64,000 nucleotides of DNA from Puccinia triticina. Taxonomy: Eukaryota. The translations under genes and the position numbers were made by a program. Location of the stretch: NCBI GenBank assembly GCA_026914245.1, contig CP110439.1, forward strand, positions 7,378,001-7,442,000, read 5' to 3'. Positions 37,741-47,952 of this stretch are shown piece after piece (position 1 is the stretch's first letter; each line of letters begins with the position of its first letter). A model generated the notes under the pieces. It worked only from the letters and a program-made list of their open reading frames with translations, was not told the origin of the DNA and made no database searches.

Positions 37741-39139
37741 GATCTGATCATCCCCCCTCTTCATGTTGTTTTCTTTACCAACCTATCATGCAATTAATTA
37801 TCTACTATCACTCTGACATATAACAGCTCATCAAATAGATGAAGACATTTAGATCTTTGTAATTGAATTGGGCAGGGTGATGGCTGTTTTTTTTCTGGAG
37901 GGTGGAGTAGGCCATGGGTCTGGTTCATCAATGGCTGGTGGGTGCTCTTTGGAGACATCTGAGGTGGATTCATTATTGGACATGTTGGGACAGTTGTTGC
38001 TGCTTGTTCAGGTCTTGCTTTCATCCATCTCAGTTCTCTACTCACCAGCACAGTGGTGAGCACGGCCCTCAAAATAGCTACATCTTAGTTAAGGCGGGGT
38101 GATTGAATGAGGTCCCGTGCTCTGGCAAAATGAAAAATCTACAGATCTCCCTTACTGAGTTGGTTATCTCTTTGCAAGTATTTTTGCTTGGTTAATTTCT
38201 CAGAGGATATATCTGGCAGTACATACAGATAAAGAAATACAAGGCTCATGAATAGTATCTTGCGCTGACAACCAGCCAAAAAATCAGAAATGTTGTTCTA
38301 TGAAAAGTGTACACTGAAGAACGTGAAAAGAGGTATAAGAAATCCATTCTCTGTGCGCCAGAATGGGAAGGTATGGTCTGAGTCACTCCTGACGGAGGCT
38401 TGCTTTGCGAGTTCAGCCTACCCCCTGGGGGCCCAAAGTCTCAAGGGACTTTTTTAAGTTTGTGCCCTCCCGGACACAGCACGCACCACAGACAAAGAGT
38501 GTGCGCACAAGCACAAATAAGCTGGGGATTCAACCATGTGAGAATACCTGTTATTAGTTGTCCCACTCAGCTGGGAAATTCTCACCAGTTTTTGTGCTCA
38601 AGTGAGCACAATCCACGCAAATTTTACATGCATGGATTGTGATCAAGCAAGAAAACCATGAGGACATGTATCCAGTCTTCTAAGCTATAAAAGACCTGGG
38701 ACCTCTGTGCAAAAGGAGGTTCCTCAGATCATTATTTAGAATACAACACCCTTTGTGGTGCTCCATTGGTGTGACAATGCCAAATGAAAATTGCAGAGGT
38801 ATTGGGACAGCATAGATACAGCTATCGTTCATTATAAGAGGAGGAAGTTATATATAACACAAGCAGTGTATATGTACATGGGAGGGATGGAGTCATTACA
38901 GAGGAGGGAGGATGGATAGACAACGGATGGTTTTATCACAAATGGAATGGCAGACAAGGATTATGTAGGATGGATGGAATGGAGGACCATGACTAGGTAG
39001 GATGGCAGGGAGGTGGAGGGATGTTATCAATAGAAGGGGTGGAAGGTATTGGCAATGGGAGCACAAGTCTCAACCAGGGATGGAAGGGAGGATGGTGTGG
39101 TTTATCAAGTAAGGCAGTTTTATAAGGGTATATTACTTG

Positions 39140-39558
39140 CAACGGTGGGTAGTTACTTTACTTTACGATATCTGCGGGATTTTTGTAAAGTAACTACCCG
39201 CCGTTACTTTTTGCGCCGTTATCCTTAGCAGTAACGTGCGAACAGCGGCATCACGCGTAACGTAATGGGCCTCTTTTTTTGAGGCCGTTACCAGTAAAGT
39301 AACCCGTTATCCAGCGGATAACGCGTTATTGAGCAATAAAAGGCCAAATTGGCCCTATTTTGGCCTTTTATCGCCCGTTATCTTGCCCGATATCTGTTGC
39401 TACGCGCTCAGATATAGTAACGGCCGTTGCGAAAAAAAAAACTCTTGGTGTGATATCAATATTGCACTGCCGTTACTGGTAACAATAATGATAATGGCCA
39501 AAAAATGTTACATTATCGTTACGTTACGCGTTACTGTAGCAATAACCACCCACTGTTG
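39140..39558. mobile_element. MITE with 7-bp TSD and GTAAC/GTTAC subterminal repeats
   Basis: Termini CAACGGTGGG...CCCACTGTTG. TSD TTACTTG (39133-39139, 39559-39565). Confidence 0.88.
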
Positions 39559-39652
39559 TTACTTGTATAAGGGTCTATTATCTTTATAAGGGTGGTATAT
39601 TACTTTATAAGGGTCTAGGATTCAGTATTATGTAATATGGATGGAAATATTA

Positions 39653-40696
39653 GAGCATCTCCACCTGGGGAGGTAAAAGCGGGTTGCTAAAACCCCGGGA
39701 TGGCAACTCAATTTTTGCATATAGCAACCCGCGCGGCTCTTGCACACACCCGTGGTTGCTATAATCCAGAAGCACTCCAAGATGACCAAGTCATCAAATG
39801 GAGTTACAACAAACCTAATGAACAATACAGCCAGTCACCGATTGGCAATAGCTTGCAAAGGTCCCTAGGACCGGTATAGCCGGTCATCAATGGCTTGCCA
39901 AGCTCTTGATGACTGGTATAGCCGGTTGTTGATGGCTTGCTGCAAAGCTCTTGATTACCGGAATACATTGCCAGTCATTGATAGCTTCCAAAGCTCAAGC
40001 TTTCAAGGCTCTTGATTGGTATAGCCAATTCAGAGAGCTCAATGACTGTATATCCAGTCATTGAGAGAGCTCTCGATGAACGGTATAGTCAATAATCAAG
40101 AGCTCTCTTGATGAACGGTATAGTCAGTCATTGAGAACACTCTTGATGACCGGTGTAGCCAGTCATTGAGAGAGCTCTCGATGACCGGTATATACCGGTC
40201 ATTGTATATACCAATCATCCATGACCAGTCATCAAGAGGGCTCTCAATGACCAGTATACCCAGTCATTGAGAGAGCTCTTGATCACCAGTATAGCCAGTC
40301 ATTGAGAGCTTGCAATATTCTCGATGGTTGGTCATATGTGTAGCCGGTCATTGATTGCTTTTGATGCTCTCGATGACCGGGCAGACAGTTAGCAGGACAG
40401 CCAGTCATTGATAGCTTGCAGTGCTCTCAATGACCAGTTTGGTGGAGGGCACATATTTTTAGTTGTTCTAGGGTAGGTGTAGGCACTTCTGATGGTGGGT
40501 AGGGAGGGGGGGATGAGCTTGGGGAAGTTGCTATTGAGTTGCTAGTGGGTTGCCACACATAGCAACCCAATTGAGATTTCTAGCTCCCAAGCCAAAATAG
40601 AAACTCGTTTGGCACCCCGGGTGGGTGGTGTTTTTTGGGTTCGGGTTGGTAAACGCGGGATAGCAACCCAGTTTACCACCCTGGGTGGAGATGCTC
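39653..40696. mobile_element. PIF/Harbinger (Tourist-like) non-autonomous element
   Basis: TIR GAGCATCTCCACC...GGTGGAGATGCTC, TTA TSD on both sides. Interior is an array of TTGATGACCGG/CCGGTCATCAA motifs. Confidence 0.9.
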
Positions 40697-41714
40697 TTAA
40701 TTAGGTGAGGAGGAAGAAGGAAGGAAGGAGCAAGGTGGGAGGAGAGGCTTTGACCCCCAATATTCTGGATGGAGGTAGGTAACAGCTGGACATGCAGGCA
40801 TATGGGAGGTTATGGAAGGTTGTTTGGGTCACCTAGGAACACATGATATCATTCAGTGCAGCATATGCAGGCAGATAAGGGGTTCAAGGAGTTTTCCTGC
40901 AGAATCAATTACATCATTGTTTGGCAGGCAGTGCAACACATGCATATATTGCTGTGCAACTGATATCCCCTCCTGAAGAATCCATTACCTCATTGTTTGG
41001 CAGGCAGTGCAACACATGCATATCTTTCTGTGCAACTGATATCCCCTGCAGAAAATATCCCAAATGAGGAGCAAAACGGTTTGTTGGATTATGATCTGCA
41101 ATGGTGGATGCCGTCAAGTTTTTAATCTGTCAATTTGCAAAAGGACCAGTCACTATTCAGATGCGCGCTGGGAGTTATGCCCGGTCTCATTGATTCATTA
41201 ATATCATTTTCTGCAGGAAAGAACGGGTGGGAGTGCGCAGAGATTTTTTTGGAAGCCTGAAGGCAAGCAACTTGCCAGCCTCGTCAAAAAAAAGACAACA
41301 TAGAGGCGTATGAAAAGGTGAAGATCTCTCGGAGGGGAAGGAGAAAAAAATGCTTGAAATTCTTGGCAAAAATTGGTAAACATTGAATTGATTGACAATG
41401 GAAAAGGACAATCACAAATGCTACATTTTTCATTGTTTAGTTTATGATGCTTTTTGAGCTCTGAGAGATGACTAACAATTGTATAAGAAAAGTGGATAGA
41501 AACAAAAAGATGGTTTTAAAGTGAATTGAAAAAAAAAAAATGGAAGCCAAGGCGTGGGAGAAGAAGATAGTTTTGCGCAGAGATCAGTGAAATATTTGAG
41601 AGCAAAAAGCTGAAAACTTATGCAACAGTGCAGGCTATTATTTATTTGAGGATGACACAAAGGGAAAGGTTACAGGATTAATCATGCACAGTCATGAACT
41701 GCAGATTATTGGTA

Positions 41715-42928
41715 TCAGAGCATTTTCATTCTCTTTGACGCATCACTCAATATTTGTCGTTGAGGACGACCTTTTCCCTTTTTCTTTGGGATGCCAACTT
41801 CCGCTTCTTCATCTTCTTCTGTGGCGTCTGCTTCTTCATTTTTGTTTGTTTGCATGTCTTCTTGAACTACTCCCTCTTTGCCTTTTTGAGAGACCAATGC
41901 TGGAGTAGAACTACCAGACCCTGACAGGGTTGGTGACGGTGTGAGAGGTGAGGCCTTGCCTTTCTTGAACGTGAACCTAATACCGTGAAAGGCAATAGGT
42001 GAGTTTTATTGACAATTGATTTGAGGGATTGGACTCACAATTTGCGGCCTCGTCCTGATGGGGTAGATGGGTCTGAACCACCTTTCAAAGCTGATCGTGG
42101 ATTTTGTTGCCCACTGGTAACACTCAATCCACCAACCTGGAAGAAGAAAAACACAATCAATGATGTGACAGGCGCTCTGTATGTAAGGTTTGCTCACAAG
42201 GACAACCATCATTTTTCCAGCAATGTGCCAGTCAACCCAATGTCCTACAATTGACATCTCTCTACCTAGCACATAAAGAACATGCATCTTGACAAGGTTC
42301 TTTGAAGCTGGGACAATATATTTTGTCAAGAATGGGTGATGACAGCGGGCCTGGTGTATATTTGGGTCAGTAAACGTTTGACTTAAAGTAGAAACAAACT
42401 ACATTACCATGGGGTCCCAGTCATTATGAGAAACAAAGACCAAAAGTTGCACATCTTCCCTGACATGAGGGCTTGGAATCTCGGACTTTTCAACAATAAT
42501 ACCAAGGCCGACGACTCCAGTCTGGTTACTAAAGTCTAAGCCACAATCAACAGCTTTCCCAATACGCATTATTGAGTCTTGAGTATAGGTGATAGTGGGA
42601 GTACTGCCGTCATTGAGAGCGATCAACCGCGCTCCAGTCAAAGAATAAAGGATACCTTCCTCGAGTGCATTTGAAATCGCAGTGTTTGCCACAAGTTTAA
42701 CTTCGAAATCAATTTCCTTCTTGCCAGCTACGCCAGAACATTGAAAAAAGGTACCAGTAGTCACGTATCCATACTGGTTTCCACGGACCACATAGAGCTG
42801 CGACTGAATAAAGGAGAATTTCAAAACAGCCAAAGAGGGGGGGGGTAAAGCGGGTGACTTACGTCGGCTGTTGCTTCAAAGTGACCAGAAATGATGTTTG
42901 GGTGATTTGAAGGTCTTGCTGCAGACAT
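41715..42928 (-). CDS. Multi-exon hypothetical protein, beta-rich N-terminal region and basic tail
   Basis: ATG 42928 (MSAARPSNHPNIISGHFE). Exons read ...VSHNDWDPM / ARCHHPFLTKYIVP...GREMSIVG / ...KKKGKGRPQRQIL, separated by GT-AG introns. Confidence 0.65.
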
Positions 42929-45273
42929 TGCACCTGGATGATGGTCAATTTATGGTAAGAGGTAGGAATGTGTGAGCGTTGGGCTGTGTGATTTCTATTT
43001 TTTGAAGACGGCGGGAAGCTCTTTGAATTGCCCGTGGAAAGAGTAATGTGAAGTCAAAGCATGAATCTTAGGTTGTTGAAAAATCTTGCTAGACCCGTTT
43101 GTGAACGCGTGGGCAGTTGTGAGGGTAAATGTGTGGCGTTCACCATCCCGGTACAATTCCCTGTATTACAAAAATTTGAGAAAACACCTGTTGTTAACAA
43201 CAAATACAAGATGTCCAGAGGGATAGGAATTCACAAATGGACTCTCCTCGGGGCGGTAAAGGAAAAATAAGTCTTATGTTGCTGAAAGATCTTGTTGGAC
43301 CCGTTTGTGAACGCCTAGAAGGTGCGGAGTTAATCTGTTAGGGACGATTGCCTGTATTCCAAGAGGTTGAAACATGTGATTGACTACCAGGGAATGTTGT
43401 CAAGAGAATGAGCCAGGGAAAAGAAAGTTTCACGGGTGTCAGTTGCGTGGAAAGTGGATGAGTGGGGCCTGAGGGACAAATGTTTCTGGAAAAGTATGAT
43501 GGTTTGAGCCGTTTTCGTGACAAGCGAGGTAGATTTTGGTTGTGTATTTGTCAAAATGGGAGGAGGCGGGTTGTTAGAAAAGCTTGTGTCCAGGGAACAC
43601 AAGGAGATTGAGTTAAGAGACAGAAGGTGAAACACCGTAACACAATCTTACAGAGCAAGTGAAACACCGTAATGTGATCCCTATTGGTGGTGGCTCAAAT
43701 CTCATGCGCAACAGGACAGGCTTGAAGAGAAGATGAAAAATGAGCCCATGATCTTAAATGAGAAGGCCAATTGAAAATGTCAAAGGTGCGGTTTCCACAA
43801 CAACAATTGAGAAATTTTGTCTCAATGGGAGTGAAATTCTATGGCAAATTGATGAATTCAATAGATGGACGGGTGAAACGGAAAAAGAGTTGACTTACTG
43901 GAGGGTCCAACAAAGAAAAAAAAGGTGCTTTACTATAAAGCAACTTTGACTGATGCTTGTTCATGTTTCCCCTGTGGCTCCAACATTTGGCATCTATGCG
44001 CTGTTGGAGCCACCTATGGCAATGGGGGCTTGACAGCTCTGTTTATGAAGCTTAGGGCAAAAAACCCGTCAAAATAAGGGTTTTTGGGCCCTAGCACTAT
44101 AGCTGTGCTGATGTAAACACTAGTAATGTAAATTACTAAACTTGTTACGTGGTAATTTGGCCACTACAAGGGTTTTAAACACTCTTTAAAAAGAGGAAGA
44201 TTTATTATGTAATTAATAATGTATAATTATTAATTACAGGGAATAAATTTGGCGTAGAAAAGTAGGTGGTAAGCGCTTAAACTGATTGGCTGCTTGTCAG
44301 AGGCGGAGGTCTTACGGCCACTACTTTTAAGGATAAAGCTTGTAAATATGCTAATAAGGGATTTTTGATATTTTAAAGGTTTAATCCAGTGGATTTTACG
44401 TGCTGGGGATGGTTTAAAAGGGAAAAGAGGCTACAATAGTAGCAGGGGAGAATATTCACGGCAAACTTACAGTTTATGGGCGGTGAATGGTCTGGGGGAT
44501 CTTTTCCTGAGGGCCAAATAGGCCTCTATTTATAGAGGGGACTTCAGTGGGCGTAAACACTGAGTCCTTTTCTCCCTATGGGAGTATCCAGGGCTGTAGC
44601 CGTGAAAAGGGCTTGGCTATGGGTATTTTAATTGTATTAAAATAGACTAATTTCCCTGACTCTGTCACATGACATGTTTATAACCAATTGTCATGTGAAA
44701 GAGCTTCAGTAGAAGTCTACATAATACTTTCACGGGGTGTTTTTACACGAGTAATATTACTCATTATTGTACAACAGTTTATTTTTATGTACTTTAATTG
44801 TTTTACTAATTTTTTGTATGTAATACTATTTTTGGGCGCTTTCTGTGGCCAATTCTTATTTATACAATTAGTACATGAAGGAATAGGAATAAGGGGGTAC
44901 TTTAAGTGGGTGACCCCCCTTAATTTATGATGAGGAATCTGATTCTGCAATAATAATTTAATAATTATTATTATTTACTGAATTATTGCAGTCTTTTGGA
45001 TACTTGATGTATCTCTAAGGCTGACAGGGCTTGAGGTTGGTCAGTGGGATTCGCGCCAACCTTGTGGTTTAACCATAAATTTGGCAAAGAGGGCTTCTGA
45101 GTTGTTCTGGCAACCTCAAGACTTTCTGGGAAAAAGGCACAGGCCAAACCCATGATCTAAGTTTCCGTAAAACACTGGTTTTATGAAACTTAGATAGAAA
45201 TCATAACTTCTGCTACAGTTGCATACATAACATGATGCTATGGTTTTTTTTCATCTGTTAAACCCTAGGATAC

Positions 45274-45345
45274 CTAACTTAACTAAGTCCCTCTATTGGA
45301 GGGGGGAGGCCGTCCCGCAGGGAACCTCCAAAGGAGGGACTTATG
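45274..45345 (+). mobile_element. Orphan left end of the 9-bp-TSD hairpin-end family
   Basis: CTAACTTAACTAAGTCCCTC...GAGGGACTTA. No matching right end or TSD was found. Confidence 0.65.
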
Positions 45346-45799
45346 CGCTCACCATGGGCGCAAGGGCATGCCTGGGGACGGGGAAACCCCACCGTCCCAG
45401 GACAGGGCCACCCCCGCAACAATATATGGCCCATACACGGGCCCCGTGCCAGGCCTCATGACGGCACCATGCAGCCGTCTTGAGACCCCTCAAGAATTCC
45501 GACGGTCCCAATTCCACGTCGCCAGACGGGAGCAGCCGACGTTAGCCCGTCCGCTTCAGCACACCCACCAAACGGGGCACTCCCCACCAACAGCCATATC
45601 CCAGAGCTCTATTAAGCACACATTGCGCAAACCGTTGCACAGCACAGGCACGGCATCCTGCTGCACAAAACGCAATGCGCCGTGTAGAGCAAGGAAATCC
45701 CAGTTCATGGACTATCTCGGCAATCATGTAATGAGAGTTTGGTTTGGTATTGCGCACGCATTGGGGAAAAAAAAGTATACAGATGCCTGACAAGCACTA

Positions 45800-46175
45800 C
45801 ACCACAGGTGCACCAAAAGATTTTGGGATGGTTGTGAAAACCAAATTGATTAGATAGTGGTTGTCAGAACCAAATTGGTCTGAATCTGGTTTGTGGACAA
45901 GTTCCGTTGCCAAAAAGGTCCCAAAAACCATGCCGTGAGAGAAGGAGCATCCAAACGGTTTCCAAAACCATTTCAAATGGTTCTGGAAATATTTTTCAAA
46001 CCAAATTGGTTTCCAAAATATTTTCAAAACCACCCCAGGTGGTCCCAGAAATATTTTAAAAATTTCTGAAAATGGTTAGCCCAACTTGTTCTTCAGGACG
46101 TCCAGACTCAATTGAAAAAAATATTTTGAAAACCAATCAAACTGGTTTTCAAAATATTTTGTTGCACCCGTGGTG
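45800..46175. mobile_element. MITE, Tc1/mariner-like
   Basis: TIR CACCACAGGTGCA / TGCACCCGTGGTG, TA TSD, internal AAAACCA/TGGTTTT repeats. Confidence 0.8.
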
Positions 46176-46343
46176 TACAAAAAATAAACTATTCACACTA
46201 ACAGAATCTAATTTTTTGTTGTGTGAAAAAAAGGCAAGATAAGTTTTTAAGTGTCTGATTGAAGCATATAAGACGCGTGCTGATGGGAGAATGAACAATT
46301 TTACCAGGTCTGTTTTTTTAGAGATGGATGTGATGGTCTGTTG

Positions 46344-47111
46344 TTAAGAGCTAGCATGTATTGAGAGAGGGGATGGGCTGGATGGATATATGTTGGTGTG
46401 AGGAGAGTCTTTGATTAGGAGGGTGCCGAAGTGGCCCGTCTGACTGAGAGTAAAGTGGCCGACCTCAGCAGCCAAATACCTGATTTCGCGAGCAAGGAGA
46501 TCCTTGGCTTGTTGGCGCTTGAGACAACGGAGGACGGGGGCAAGGATGTCGGAGAAGAAGAGGAGCTCTTTGTTGATGAGGTTGAGGGGCAGGAGGCTGG
46601 ATCTGGAGGAGGGAAGCTGGCTGAGGAGTCTGTTGAGCTTCTCACGGATCATCAGCCGCTTGACCCTGCGGGAGTTCTGGAGCAGTCTGACCAAGTTCAG
46701 CAAGGAAATATAACAGCCCCGCTGGATGTTCAACTCCAGGTTGAGGCCTTTCATTTTGCCTGACTTGGCCAGCTCTAGGATGCTTAGGAGACGTTTGAGG
46801 TGCGGCAAGATGCATTGCGGGCCTACGGAACACAGCCTTGTCCGACGGAGTACCGCGTCCTTTGACAGACTCGCCAATAGGCCGTCTCCTGTCGCGGCTA
46901 TTGATGCTAGGTTGGGTAAGTCGAGTGAGCTGAAGATGTGACGAATCAGAATCTCTGGCAGACGGTTGATTAAGAACGGCCAACTCAGATTGAGTGCTAG
47001 CCAGGGCTTCAGTTTGTTATCTTTATTGGTTGGCGGTGTTGAAGAGGAGCTGAGCTTTTGTGATGCGGACGAACTAGGTACTGGGACAGGGGTATTGGTT
47101 GAGGTAGACAT
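46344..47111 (-). CDS. F-box protein with RPEL-like repeats, intronless, possibly a decaying copy
   Basis: LINRLPEILIRHIFSSLDLPNLASIA (F-box). RPEL-like segments HLKRLLSILEL and KLNRLLSQLPS lack the expected RP. ATG at 47111. Confidence 0.6.
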   Translation of the reverse strand: MSTSTNTPVPVPSSSASQKLSSSSTPPTNKDNKLKPWLALNLSWPFLINRLPEILIRHIFSSLDLPNLASIAATGDGLLASLSKDAVLRRTRLCSVGPQCILPHLKRLLSILELAKSGKMKGLNLELNIQRGCYISLLNLVRLLQNSRRVKRLMIREKLNRLLSQLPSSRSSLLPLNLINKELLFFSDILAPVLRCLKRQQAKDLLAREIRYLAAEVGHFTLSQTGHFGTLLIKDSPHTNIYPSSPSPLSIHASS

Positions 47112-47952
47112 GGCTGAGTATGGGTTGATTGAGTGACACATTTGTTCTTTCTTGATGATATTTTCCGGTTGAAAGTGAGCTTGACTCTGTTTTTTGGTAT
47201 CAACTTGGGTTGATGGGCGTTCTTGTCTTCCTCTGTCTGGGAGGTTTGAGTCTTGAAATGTGAGTTGGTGGTTGCCTTGGCAACGGCCAGTTGATAATCC
47301 CACTGAGCCAAACATTGTTTGGACCCCCTTTTGGCTTGGAAAAGACCCCCCTTGGCTTTTTGTGCATTTCAATATTACAAGATATGTGTTCATAAAACTA
47401 CACCAACATGTACTGGCTGCAGGGGGGGGGGGCGACGTTGGGGGGTGACTGTAATACGTTTTATGCCGGTCCTCTTGCCCGGTGCAGCACAGGGCTTGTT
47501 GTGGTGGACAGTGTGGGGGCGCTTTCTGGAAACACCATTGGGAAGTGGTGAAATTGCCGGCTTGGCAACGGCAAATTTTTTTGGACGGTGCTTTGAGGTG
47601 TGTTGTGTGGAAGACTAGCATTGCCCCGTTGCAGGACACCAATATTCTGTCTGGGCTCATTGGGACCAATATTTGCCGTAGCTGCGGCCCATTGATTTCG
47701 AAATTTGGCCTGGGGCCGTTTGACGGCGAAATTGGAAATTTATGCGCCTGTGGTGTATGTATACCCCGTGGCAGTAGAGAATTAGAAAAATGATGTTTTT
47801 CAATCCTCTCTGGACGCACCATCTGTCACCAGGTAATAAAATTTTGGGGGAGCAAAATGTGCACAACATCATGAAGTTTCTTTGTACACATTTTACAAAT
47901 TTTTTGGGGCCTTGGGTGCCCCATGAAGTCCTTTTTTGTGACTGACAAGTGT

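Larger units (their letters stand above)
35861..38462. mobile_element. Composite 9-bp-TSD hairpin-end transposon containing a satellite
   Basis: Termini CAAACTTAAC...TTAAGTTTG. TSD TGCCCTCCC (35852-35860, 38463-38471). An inverted copy of the left end lies internally at ~36080-36164. Confidence 0.88.

Noticed and set aside
46344..47822. 492-aa ORF as one protein
   Set aside because: The part upstream of the ATG at 47111 starts at a non-ATG codon and looks non-coding. Only the F-box portion was kept.
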